Source: Histomonas meleagridis 2922-C6/04-290x
Taxonomy: Eukaryota; Protista; Parabasalia
Direction of reading: 5' to 3'
DNA: 64,000 bases
NCBI GenBank assembly: GCA_020184695.1
Contig: JAANOX010000082.1
Coordinates: forward strand, 150,809-214,808
A program made the position numbers and the translations under genes. Positions 10,674-21,549 of the stretch are shown piece by piece (the stretch's first letter is position 1; each line of letters begins with the position of its first letter). The notes beneath the pieces are model-generated. The model did no database searches. It worked only from the letters and a program-made list of their open reading frames with translations, and had not been told where the DNA came from.

Positions 10674-12131
10674 ATGAAGCTGCCTTTAAAACCCTTTCTT
10701 TTCTTCTATTCTTTTATAGTATTTGGTTTCATAGCTATTGCTGTTTTCCGCGGTCATTCGAAACCTGGTGATATTTATGTAGATAGACATGGAGAATCTT
10801 GGAGAATTCCGTCCGACGGTGCTATAACTTCTGTATCAGATTGGTTAATATCATCAATACCAAGATTTACTCGTAAGTTCAGTTTAATCAACCCAGATTT
10901 TGATCTAGAAAACGACGATTATCTTGACTCATCAGTTATGTACATTTTGTTGTTCAGTGTTCTTGGAGTGCTTTTGTTGTTGATTTATATTCTTATTTTG
11001 ATTTTTAGATATTGTTGCAATTGTTGTGGAGGAAAACAATTACCACGTCGAGGATTTTCACAAACAGTTGTTAACTCAGCACGTATTGGAATCATTGTTT
11101 TTACATTCCTTTTCGAAGGCATTCTTATTTATGGTTATTTTGCAAATACAGATTTTCATGTCTCTTTACGAAAAGTTTTTGATGTCTTTGATCAAGTGCC
11201 AACAAAGCTTGAAGAGAACATGACACAGTTTATTTCAACACTTCCACAAACAACAAGTAATAGTCTTTATAACAAATTTCGTAATGAATTCGAACAAGAT
11301 CTTCGTTTTTCAGTTCGTTATGCCAAAGGTCAATCTCAAATTATGGGAAATCTTATCAACAAATTTGAAGATGCTCGTATGGCTGTCATTTTAATCAATC
11401 TTATTCTTGCCACAGTTTCATGTTCCTTTGGTATTGTTGCAGGAAGTATTTACCGTGGATGTTTCATGATCATTATGGTCGTTTTGAATGCGATTGCATG
11501 TGTTTTCTTCTTTGTTTCAACCGGAATCCATTTTGCAGGCAGCAAAATCATATATGAATACTGTGATGAAATCTCATTCTACATTGATGATTCTACTGTT
11601 GAGAACATCCCTATGCGACTTCAGTTCTTTGTCCCATGTGTGAATTCACCGCTTTACCCAGTTTTTGAGGACCACTATGTAATTTTAGCGGTTAACTCAG
11701 TCAATGAATTCAATGACAAAATGGTCGAATATTATCCCATCACAAACGCATCAAAGGCATACTGGTTCAACATCACAGACCCTTATTACCAACAAATTAG
11801 TGCCAACAGGACTGATCTGAATGCATTGTATGCGCAGGCTAAGAACAAATCTACAAATTTGGCAAATCTCGAATCAATGAAACAATGTGAATTCTCAAAG
11901 AACGAAATGAGAGGTGAAAAATTCTTGTTCTGTTCCTACATGAAAGACAATTTGGATATGTTGATGTTATCACAATTTGTCGGTTGCATATTAATCATTA
12001 TTATAACATCAATCGGTGTTTCGGCAATTAAGAAATTCGAATGGGCTGGAAATGCTGGGCTTGGAGGAATAGCAGCTTCTGCAGCAACTAAAAAGAAAAC
12101 AAAGCCAAGGGCAAAGAGGCGGGCAACATAA
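10674..12131 (+). CDS. Multi-pass membrane protein, Tweety/prominin-like topology
   Basis: N-terminal hydrophobic segment plus about five TM helices, Cys-rich RYCCNCCGG after the first TM, and two large Cys-containing extracellular loops. Assignment is by topology only. Confidence 0.5.
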   Translation: MKLPLKPFLFFYSFIVFGFIAIAVFRGHSKPGDIYVDRHGESWRIPSDGAITSVSDWLISSIPRFTRKFSLINPDFDLENDDYLDSSVMYILLFSVLGVLLLLIYILILIFRYCCNCCGGKQLPRRGFSQTVVNSARIGIIVFTFLFEGILIYGYFANTDFHVSLRKVFDVFDQVPTKLEENMTQFISTLPQTTSNSLYNKFRNEFEQDLRFSVRYAKGQSQIMGNLINKFEDARMAVILINLILATVSCSFGIVAGSIYRGCFMIIMVVLNAIACVFFFVSTGIHFAGSKIIYEYCDEISFYIDDSTVENIPMRLQFFVPCVNSPLYPVFEDHYVILAVNSVNEFNDKMVEYYPITNASKAYWFNITDPYYQQISANRTDLNALYAQAKNKSTNLANLESMKQCEFSKNEMRGEKFLFCSYMKDNLDMLMLSQFVGCILIIIITSIGVSAIKKFEWAGNAGLGGIAASAATKKKTKPRAKRRAT

Positions 12132-12389
12132 TATTTACAATAAATGTATCTTCTTTATGTTGTTTTTGGTAATAAAAATGTAATTTAATTCAAAGATATT
12201 CATTTCTATGCGCTGTCATCCAAAAAACAGTGGCAATTAATTGTTGTCTTCGAAGACAAAAAGTTTCTCCTGTAAAGAAATACCAAACTATCAGATGAAA
12301 TATGAAAAATAGAACTCAAATATATGATGACTTTGCTTAATATAAACTATATATGCACATATAAATTTAAAACGTTTTTCAATTTATTT

Positions 12390-12760
12390 ATATGAATTTC
12401 CATTGTCAATTCCTTCTTGTTCAAGAAGTAATTTAACTTATTCTGTATGACAATTTTGTGATGCTTTTATAAGTGCTGTTCTAAATAATTTAAATAATTT
12501 CCAAATATTATTTGGAAATAAAAAATTATTAAAATTTATTTTGTATTTAGCATTTATTTTCATTCCTTCTTTTTCTAAAATAGTTTTGACAAGTTCAACA
12601 CTTCCAAGTTCCATTGAAAATTTTAAAATATTTTTTGAGATTTAATTGAATTTAAGAAAATATTTTGAACGAAATAAATTTCCTGTTAATACAGCTTCAT
12701 TAATAATATCATCATTGATTTTCATTCCTTCTTTAACTAAAAATGAAAATATTTCACATT
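12390..12760 (-). pseudogene. DUF3447/ankyrin-repeat family remnant with an insert at the conserved ankyrin position
   Basis: - strand reads ...NEAVLTGNL...GSVELVKTILEKEGMKINAKY-[60 nt]-RTALIKASQNCHTE*VKLLLEQEGID. It has internal stops and is homologous to the 32-34 kb gene. Confidence 0.7.
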
Positions 12761-14543
12761 TTCATCGAAATGATATCTTCAAATATTTTTATGATCATGA
12801 ATATATTTAAATTGAGTATAATAAACCATTTAAATTTTTCATAAAAAGTGCCATCAAGCTTTATAATTTTTCCAAAATTAGTTATCCTGTGTCTGATCAC
12901 TGTTTTTATGAATTCGCTTTTGAGCAACCTAACAAAGTTAAACCTTTTAGTGGCATTGATAAATTTATATATGGAATCATGATTTCTTGCTTTTATTCTT
13001 AGTACACCAAAAGATGCACATTTCATTTTTAACGAAAAAAGCAATATTTAAATCAAGTATAAAAAAAAATTGACCCTTTTTTTTCTTCTTTATTTTCAAA
13101 TATGATTATGATTTGGTTGAAATGGTATCAAAGTTTTATTGAGATTCTTCTGCTGAGTTATGAGAAAAAGTTGTTAGAATATGCATGAATAACATATTTT
13201 CTTCTACCGACGATTATTTTCCATCTAAAAAGTTTGCAACCGTAAAATATTTGAATGGTAAATCACGGTTTTTAAACCGTCAAGCAAAATACTACTTTTT
13301 CTCGAAATTCAGCAGAAGAAATCTCTAAATATTTCAAATTAATTAAATTTAGTATATATAAATGCTTATATAAAATTTTTGAGAGAAAAAAAGAGGGTGA
13401 GTTTATTAAATCCTTGATGATCTTTTGGCATGTGAGTTTTTATAATAAATGTACTTTTTTCTCAAAATCAATAATATTTGTTTTAGAAAAAACCTAATAG
13501 CATACTTAACGATGTCATTGTGCACATCAATATATATAAATCATCAAAAAATTATGAAATATTCAATTTATATGAATAAGAGTCATATACTCAAATAATC
13601 CGAATCTAGCCAAATAATTTTTGCTATAAAATTTTATTTATATTTTAAGTGTATATGCTCGAAAAAGTAATTACATTTTCTGAAGGGACATCTCCAAGAG
13701 TCGGAACCACAAGAGCGGCTTTATTTTATTTAATATTTCAGGAGAACAATTAAATTAATTCCTCTTCCATTTCAAATTGCAAAAATATTTCCACTCCACA
13801 AATCACTTCTATTCCTTAGGTCTCCTGAATCATCCATGTCACAGAATTTGAATTTTCCAATTTTATTTACATTATTTCATCCTTTAGAAAAAATTCGTCC
13901 TATTACCTTTAAACCTCCAGATGCATCTATTTCTGTTCCAAATACACAACTATTGCTTCTCCTAGCAAAAGATCTTCATTTAATGATATGTTTGATGACG
14001 ACGAAAAAAACTTATCATACATACAGATTTTAGCTTTGTTGCACTACAAGCTTCTGATGAGCGAGGATATCTTCTTGCATCTTCTGAACAATCGATCACT
14101 ATCTGGAAATTAACAGAGAACTTCTTTTTTCATCACCATATTTTATTCGTTTGCCATCCATATTTTCACCACCTCTTCCTAAAAATATAATAGATCGTAA
14201 CGATGTATTTCGTTCTTATTGAACATCATAATTAAAACGATAATTCTGTATCGATATATATATATATATATCTTGCTTTCGAAAGCAAGTACGACTCAAA
14301 ACACAATTTTGCACACGAATTTTGATTTTTTTGATCTTTATAATATTGTATATAGATATATATATTTTTTGATCAGGTGTTTGGCTTGAGTGTCTGCTTT
14401 TATAAGCGTATAATTATTGATTTACAACTTCGAACGTATCACAGGTGAATTGTTTTTTTATATGATATTGAAAATTGAATGCCAAAAGAATTATGAGTTC
14501 ACAACCACCCATTCAAAAACTGGTTACAACGGTTGAATTTTTG

Positions 14544-14548
14544 TCACT
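14544..14548 (+). promoter_or_regulatory. Parabasalid initiator (Inr) element TCACT
   Basis: TCACT lies 13 nt upstream of ATG 14561. Equivalent TCA(C/T/G)T motifs precede the ATGs at 3407, 3828, 15300, 17865, 21088 and 31484. The Inr TCA(Y)(T/A) is the known trichomonad core promoter. Confidence 0.6.
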
Positions 14549-14560
14549 TCATATTTTAGA

Positions 14561-14746
14561 ATGGGTTGCCCATATTGCCACACTGGTAACAATTGGAAGA
14601 CATGTCCTCGTTGCGGAACAACATACTGCAATAGCTGTGGTCGTGATGCTAATGGTAATCGTCTTCGTGCAGGAAATTTTTGCTCAAGATGCAATTGTAC
14701 TGTAGCCTTCCAATACTCACAACATGCACCAGCATGGGGCAGGTAA
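14561..14746 (+). CDS. Small cysteine-rich protein (four CxxC-type pairs), probable zinc-binding
   Basis: MGCPYCH...TCPRCGTTYCNSCG...FCSRCNC. The ORF is a GC-richer island in AT-rich flanks and has an Inr upstream. Confidence 0.7.
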   Translation: MGCPYCHTGNNWKTCPRCGTTYCNSCGRDANGNRLRAGNFCSRCNCTVAFQYSQHAPAWGR

Positions 14747-15299
14747 ATCAGTAAACAAATAGTTTGAAACTTTGATTTTCATAATTTTGCACAAATACTA
14801 AAAACCGTTTGATATTTGTGCACAATGTGAAATGATTTAACGTCTTTTTCGCACGTTAATCGGAGCCCCACCCATCTTTTTTGTTGATAATTTAATGGAT
14901 ATTATGAAAATTACTTACTGGATGGAAATAGCTAAATTACAATTTGGATAAGAAGAAGGAATTGATTTCAATACTTTAAAAATAATTATCATTTTTCCTT
15001 TTTAAATTTTATATTAAAAATGTAAAATTTTGCAATAAGGTTAAAAAAATTTGTTTGGTTGAATTTAAATAAATTTATTTACTCATGGTAAAGCATATTT
15101 TTCTGTTGAAATAGACCTAATTTGAAAAATTAAATCAGATCTTAAATCAATCAAATCTATTTTAACACATAACAAATGATAGACACAAAAATTAAATTTA
15201 AATTTTAAAACATGCACTTTAAATTTTCTATATACCTTCTTTTGTTCATGAATTTCTGTTTCCAAAGTAAACGGTCGTAATTTTTCAGTTAGAACACTA

Positions 15300-16220
15300 A
15301 TGTCGGACGAGTTTACAAGACATATAGTGAAATTAATAATTGCAAGAACAGCTCAAAACAAAGGATTTACTTCCATTTCCAAGACATCTTTAGAAATTCT
15401 TGTTGAAATTGTGATAGACAGGCTTTTTGATTATGGAAGATCTGTTGCTGATGTTACAACATTTTGCGGAAGAACAGATTCAAATGGTTATGATGTTTTT
15501 GTAGGTCTCAATAAGTTTCAAGAAACAGTTGATTCTCTTTCTTCTTTTTTAAATGCTGGAAGTAGTGTTCCTCAATTCGATTTTCTTGTTGAACCTTACC
15601 CTATTCCAGTTCCATCTAAATTTTTTGCAGTTTCAACATCTAATCAACAACAAAAATCAACATATCCATTTCGCGCTAATACATCATTTGTTGTTTCAAA
15701 TCCAGGACAAGGTAAACGATATCATATTCCACCATTTTTTGCTCCTCCTCCTGATCCATTTACGTATGACCATACCATTAAACCAGATCCTCAATTATCT
15801 GACGAGCCTGAAATTATTAAAAGAAGGGAAATTGATCAAGCTTCTCTACAAGTAGCACTAGCACAAATACTCTCAGGTAAAGGTACAGATTCACAAACTT
15901 CTGTTAATTTTGATTGCGAATTAACAAAATTAACATCAACCGAACTTGTTACCAAACCAACAGAACTCCTTGAATCATCGTTATATACGTTAGAGGGAGA
16001 AAGGCCACATGTTGATCCAGAATTTCTTCCAATTAAAAACTTCAAAGATTCAGACATCATTGGAGGTAATAGGGACACCCCAAATATGCTCTCAATTCTG
16101 GCTATCGGTCAAGGCACCTCAGAACCAGGTACAATGAAAGATTCAAAATATGTTTCTTCCACAGCAAACGTATCAGAACAAAAATTAAATATGAAATCAA
16201 ATTCTCAAGAGAATGAATAG
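15300..16220 (+). CDS. TAF8: TFIID subunit TAF8-like (Bromo_TP histone fold + TAF8 C-terminal motif)
   Basis: N-terminal histone fold (IIARTAQNKGFTSISKTSLEILVEIV...GRTDSNGYDVFVGL) and YHIPPFFAPPPDPFTYDHT, matching the TAF8 HIPxxLPxFPDPHTY motif. Confidence 0.7.
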   Translation: MSDEFTRHIVKLIIARTAQNKGFTSISKTSLEILVEIVIDRLFDYGRSVADVTTFCGRTDSNGYDVFVGLNKFQETVDSLSSFLNAGSSVPQFDFLVEPYPIPVPSKFFAVSTSNQQQKSTYPFRANTSFVVSNPGQGKRYHIPPFFAPPPDPFTYDHTIKPDPQLSDEPEIIKRREIDQASLQVALAQILSGKGTDSQTSVNFDCELTKLTSTELVTKPTELLESSLYTLEGERPHVDPEFLPIKNFKDSDIIGGNRDTPNMLSILAIGQGTSEPGTMKDSKYVSSTANVSEQKLNMKSNSQENE

Positions 16221-16287
16221 AGAATGTAATCAATAAAAAATTATAAATTGTTGTATAAAACTCTTTAGGGTACCCCAAATATGATAA

Positions 16288-16920
16288 ATGATTTGGAAAA
16301 ATTCAACATTTCCGATTTCAAAGATAAATATGATCATCAGCATTGCTTTTTCACTTCTGGTTTACTTCCAAGTTTTAACACCAACTCAATTATATTTCAA
16401 TTTTGATTTAATTTTCAAACATAAAGAATGGTGGAGAATATTTACATCATTATATTATATCGGACCTCCATGTGCTCAAGTTATTACAATAATATCAGGA
16501 ATTTTCTTTTTTTCATTTTCCATTGAATCAACAGATTTTGCCAATAAGCCATTTGATTACTTTGTATTTCTTCTTTTGGGATTTGTGGGAATGATATCAT
16601 GTTCATTGTTTTTGCCTTCCATTGTTTATTTTAATGAATTTTTTTGTTATTATATTTTTACATATTGGCTTAAGAAGAACACTCATCGAAATATTAACGT
16701 AAACGGACATGAAGTTTCAATGAAGTACTTATGCGTATTTGGCTTTATAAACATATACAGAACATTACAAAGATTAGATTCTTTGATTTTGGTTATGTTT
16801 ATATGTTTTTTGAGTTACATATACGTGCACATAAAAGAAGTCATTAATCCAAAATTCAATTTAAGATTATTCTGTTTCTCACAATCTCTGAATTCGAAGT
16901 TTAACGAACTTATCAATTAA
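16288..16920 (+). CDS. Derlin (Der1-like) ERAD membrane protein, divergent
   Basis: LTPTQLYFNFDLIFKHKEWWRIFTSLYY Derlin signature (WR motif), ESTDFANKPFDYFVFLL, and several TM segments. Confidence 0.75.
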   Translation: MIWKNSTFPISKINMIISIAFSLLVYFQVLTPTQLYFNFDLIFKHKEWWRIFTSLYYIGPPCAQVITIISGIFFFSFSIESTDFANKPFDYFVFLLLGFVGMISCSLFLPSIVYFNEFFCYYIFTYWLKKNTHRNINVNGHEVSMKYLCVFGFINIYRTLQRLDSLILVMFICFLSYIYVHIKEVINPKFNLRLFCFSQSLNSKFNELIN

Positions 16921-17010
16921 CCAAAGACAAAAATTTACCATCAAACAGAACCTTAATAAAACTTTCATTTGTTTGTATATATTAAATTTTTAAAAAATTC
17001 GAGTTTTTGT

Positions 17011-17865
17011 TTATTGTTCAAAATGCATTCCATGAAGTCTATAAACCTCTTCAAGGCTTGTGATATTTAAGATAAGGCATTTACCTGTATCCATTTGTTC
17101 AATTTGTTCAATATCAGTATCTGAAAGATTGAAATCATTGATATTAATGTTTTCTTGAATTCGATTTTCATGAACTGATTTTGGAATCGCAATGATTTGA
17201 CTTTGAATAAGCCATCTTAAAATGACTTGTGCAGGCGTCTTATGATATTTCTCACTAATGGAGTTAAGTATTGGGCTCTTGAAAATATCATTTTTACCTT
17301 GTGCTAATGGCCCCCATGCCATTGGTTTAATTTGATACTTTTCCATAACTTTTCGAAGCGACTTTTGTTGGAAAAATGGATGAAGCTCAACTTGATTGAC
17401 AGCTGGAACAATTTTGTGGGTCAAGACTAAATCAACTAAGCGGTCTTCTAAGAAGTTAGAAACACCTATAGCCCTAATTTTTCCTTCGGAATATAATTCT
17501 TCCATTGCTCGCCAACTACCATGATAGTCACCATAAGGCATATGTATTAGGTATAAATCAAGATAGTTTGTTTGAAGATTTTCTAAGGTTTTAGCAAATG
17601 ATTGCTTGGTTTTTTCATAGTCTGCATCTTGAATCCAAACTTTAGAAACAATAAAAATTTCTTCTCTTGGAATGCCGCTTTCTTTTATAGCTTTACCAAC
17701 AGCTTTTTCATTTCCATAAACAGCGGCTGTATCAATCATTCTATATCCTGATTTCAAAGCAAAGAGTACGGACTTTTCACACTCTTCTAGATCTGTGACT
17801 AAGTATACACCAAATCCTAAAAGAGGCATTTCAACATTGTTGTTAAGCTTGATGGTATTTTTCAT
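17011..17865 (-). CDS. Aldo/keto reductase, bacterial 2,5-diketo-D-gluconate-reductase-like (AKR5)
   Basis: LNNNVEMPLLGFGVY, GYRMIDTAAVYGNE, SKVW, YLDLYLIH, IRAIGVSNF, NQVELHP and IPKS are present, with an intact D-Y-K-H tetrad. Inr TCACTT sits directly before ATG 17865. Confidence 0.93.
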   Translation of the reverse strand: MKNTIKLNNNVEMPLLGFGVYLVTDLEECEKSVLFALKSGYRMIDTAAVYGNEKAVGKAIKESGIPREEIFIVSKVWIQDADYEKTKQSFAKTLENLQTNYLDLYLIHMPYGDYHGSWRAMEELYSEGKIRAIGVSNFLEDRLVDLVLTHKIVPAVNQVELHPFFQQKSLRKVMEKYQIKPMAWGPLAQGKNDIFKSPILNSISEKYHKTPAQVILRWLIQSQIIAIPKSVHENRIQENININDFNLSDTDIEQIEQMDTGKCLILNITSLEEVYRLHGMHFEQ

Positions 17866-18494
17866 AAGTGAACAAAACAAAAATCATAATTTTCGTCCTT
17901 TCAAATATTATCGCATGTTGAATTGAACAGCTACAGAAAATTATCGTTTGACTCAAAAATTCAAAGACTAAGGATCGTATCGGCTATGGACAACAGATGT
18001 TACTGAATGAGAATGAAGTTTGCAAACTCTCAAAAAAGCTGCATCATCGGGCTTAAACATGAAAATTATTAAACTCTTTTTTGAAATATCTCTAATACAA
18101 AATTTTCGAACTTTAAATTTCGAGCAAAAGTTTACTCATAATTGTTATAATCTTCGAAAGTTTGGATAGAATAATTGTCAAATATTTAAAAAAATAATTA
18201 ATGCTAAATTATTTGCTAATAATAAAATTATCGTTTGCATTAACCAACTGTTATCAACTTATAGGTAAATCACCGGAATGCTATGTGCATAATAATTAAA
18301 GTTATATATGTGGAAGACAATATGTTTATTAGTTCCATTCGAATCGAATAAAAAAAGAATTTTTTATGAAAATTATAAAAAATAACACTACAACAGAATG
18401 TCTTTATTAAAGTTTTTGCTTGCAACATAAACTCAGAATTTTAATAAATTATGATTTAAAATATGATTTAAATAATAATGATGTGATACATTTA

Positions 18495-18743
18495 TCATTC
18501 TCCACTGTTTTCATTTTCTTGGCTATCCCCTTCTGCTGCTTCTTCTTGCTCACTTTGTTGCTTCTTTTCAAAAAATTGTAAAGCAAATTTATAAATTCCA
18601 ACTGCATCTTCGGGTTGCTCTCTTAGAATTTCTGTTGTGAGTTCAGCGAGCAACTCTGGGAATCCATCAGGAATTTTGAAAATTGGTGCATAAGTGCTGT
18701 AGCTCATTGAATAACGTATATTCGGTTTATGAAAAAGTGTCAC
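18495..18743 (-). CDS. RIIa (PKA regulatory-subunit docking/dimerisation) domain protein
   Basis: IPDGFPELLAELTTEILREQPEDAVGIYKFALQFFE matches the RIIa D/D consensus and is followed by an acidic tail. The likely start is MSYS (18707). Confidence 0.8.
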   Translation of the reverse strand: MTLFHKPNIRYSMSYSTYAPIFKIPDGFPELLAELTTEILREQPEDAVGIYKFALQFFEKKQQSEQEEAAEGDSQENENSGE

Positions 18744-19530
18744 ATTTTCACAAATATCTCGTTCATGATTTAAATGTCAATTTAAATAATTATCAACCTC
18801 AAATTATTAAACAACAATTGGGAAATTTTTTGCATTTTCCTTCTACAATTTTGATAAATTTATCAAATTCTTTCATTTTTTTCATTACTTTGAACTAAAT
18901 TTCTTCTGAATCAATGGTTTTCTATTCCATGAACTTTATTGATAGTTGTTTATTTTGTTTGCATTTGTGGGAAAATTTATTGGTGTTACGTCTCATTTTT
19001 TTTGAGAAGATAAAACAAATGCATTTGTTTAAAATGCATGGCAAGAAAAATGTAATTAAAAATCGATTTTCATTAATTTTTTCTTCAGCTTATTATATAT
19101 TTTCAATCATAATGGAACATACTTAATTTTTTGTAAATAACTTAAGGAACTTCTTCAGTGTTCCTGTGTTGATTATCGTGTGTGTTCATATGATTTTTAA
19201 TTAATTCAGCAATTTCAGTGAAATGATTTTTCTCAGCAATCTCAGCTTCATTTCCAGATGTGTAAACTCTTTCTGTCTGATATAGCATTTCATTTAGAAT
19301 TAATTTACATTTTCCTAATTGTTCTATTCACTTTCCTCTTCTTCCAATAATAAGAAAATGATATCAGATCTCAGAACTTAAATATTAACAAAATTATCCA
19401 AAGTTTGGTGATAACTCCTTCATTGATATTGAAAAGATCCATAAATTTTTTTTGAGTATTTTACACAAAAAGTTCTTGCAAAAACCCAAAAATAAACGTC
19501 CGCTTATATAATAAATCATTGAATCATTTA

Positions 19531-21088
19531 TTAGTACTTTAGATCAGAACCGCCAACAAACTCGCGAAGGCAAGAAGTGTGTGGAACGATTTCAACTGAG
19601 AGTGGGTAGAAGAAGTTTAGGAATCCTTGTAGCCTCAAAGCCTCCTTAGTTACTTCTTGCGACTGTGGGTCATCTGGGTCCTCGTCAGGCCCCGGAATTG
19701 AAGCCTCAGCCAAAAGACCTCTTGCGTAAATGGACAAAACAGGCAGCTCGTAAACCAATGCCGAGTTAAAGAACAGCTCTGCGTTTGCCTGGAATGGGAA
19801 TATGTTATTTTCTTCTCCTCTACGAACGCTTACCCATCTTTGGAGAGTTTTCCGTGGTGAATGACCACGGAACTTAAAGTCACGGACAAGTCTTCTTATC
19901 AAACGTAATGATGCTGTTGGGAATCTATGTGTAGCATCTATATTAATTGGGGTAAGTGCAGATACATATATTGGACAAACTCTATCTGCTCCAAATGCGT
20001 TAAGAAGTATAGGGTTAAGTCCGTGGATACCTTCAAGTATAAGGAAGCAGTTCGGTGGAAGAGTGATGAACTCAGTGGTGCTGTCTTCGCCAACACCCTT
20101 TTTGAATATGAATTTGCGGCGCGGAACGGTTTTGCCATTGAGGAGATCGTTAACTCGCTCGCTCAAAAGTTTGATGTTGAGAGTGGAAACATGCTCAAAA
20201 TCTTGAAGACCGTCGGGGCCGAATGGGATCTCGGAGTTGTCCTTGAAGTAGTCGTCCATTTCGATGATGACTGATTGATAGCCAACAACACGAAGTGAGA
20301 TTGCAAGACGTTTGGCAAATGTGGTCTTGTTAGAGGATGATGGACCGGCAATGGTAATGATCTTCTTCTTGTCGAAATTAGCTACAAGATGATCTGCAAT
20401 TGTGGCTAGTTTTTGCTCATGAAGACCTTCAGCAAACCCATTTGATTCCATCTACTTTACGATCAAAGATCAGTTGGTTGAGATTTGAAGCATACTCACA
20501 CTTGAGAAGTTTGGCCCATTCTGAATATTCTTGGAACATTTGATGAAGTACTTCTGGATCTTTGAATTCTGGAATTACATCTCCTGCGAAAAATGTTGGC
20601 GAACGTAAAACAAGACCATCTGCATACTTTCTGATTTCGAATATTTTGAGTCGATCTTTATCAGTTGAACATGGCTCAATGATATAATCAAGAAAGTCCT
20701 CGTACTTGATGCATGAAATCTCATGATCTTGCCATGTCTTTAACACATTAACTTTATCGATTTGATTTCGTTCTTGGAAATATTTGCAAAGTTTAGAATG
20801 CTTCACTGTGACAATTTCAATGGGCTGATCGCTCTTAAGTATTTCGTTGATTGAGTCTGTTAGTTTTTTGCACATCTCTTCTGTTATTGGATTTCTTTCC
20901 AAATCGGTGCAATATATACCGTCATTTAAAGTATGCTCTACTTTTATGTTTCTTTTGAAGTTTTTCCAGTATTGAGAGGATAGAAGAAAAGTAAGTGTAG
21001 CAGTTTCTGCATGGAGTTGGGAACGTGGAACTTTGCTCATTTCTGAAAGTGTCACTTTTATCACAATATTTCTGATGTTTATTTTCAT
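19531..21088 (-). CDS. Uridine/nucleoside kinase (PRK/UK family with ThrRS-like N-terminal region), split by a one-base frameshift
   Basis: The 5' part has KVEHTLNDGIYC...YEDFLDY...GLVLR. The 3' part has P-loop IAGPSSSNKTTF, MDDYFK, LEGIHGLNP, RLIRRLVRD and NSALVYEL. An extra T in tgg gtt T gct gaa (20434-20436) breaks the KWVAEGLHEQK motif. Confidence 0.85.
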
Positions 21089-21549
21089 TCGGCCAAACTT
21101 TAATTGATTAATGAGTGAGAGAACGATGTAAATTATGAAGTTTACACGTCCAATCATTCAAAATTGAATATAACGATAGATCATTGACAATGAATTTGAC
21201 TCTTTCTGCTATATTATTACAAAAAACCTTCATTGTGGTCATGCACATCTAGTTCTTTTGCAAAGCCAAACATGGATCAATGAAATAAATTTCTTTAATG
21301 AGCAACTTATCCACATGAAAAGTTTTCTTTCATTTAAATTTTCAAACAGAAATTTCTGATGATTCCGATCGTCCTATCGCACAAACTGAAATGGTGAGCA
21401 GAATGAATCTATCTTTATCCAAAATGTTAATAAATGCTATATTTATAATATATACTCAAAAAAAATAGTGTAATAAAAATATTTTTTTCATCATCAGTCA
21501 TTGGCTATCAGTTGTGAATCATGAAATATAATTTGCTTATTGGTTTCGT

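Noticed and set aside
13690-14200. Possible protein-kinase remnant on the - strand (CSPEIL-like, KIGKFKFCD-like pieces)
   Set aside because: Too degraded, with multiple stops and no HRD or DFG. It cannot be supported without a profile search.
14250-14272. (AT)n microsatellite and nearby AT palindromes
   Set aside because: Expected by chance in DNA this AT-rich.
19143-19275. Possible terminal ankyrin remnant (AEIAEKNHFTEIAELIKNH) on the - strand
   Set aside because: A single short fragment, plausible but not enough to call.
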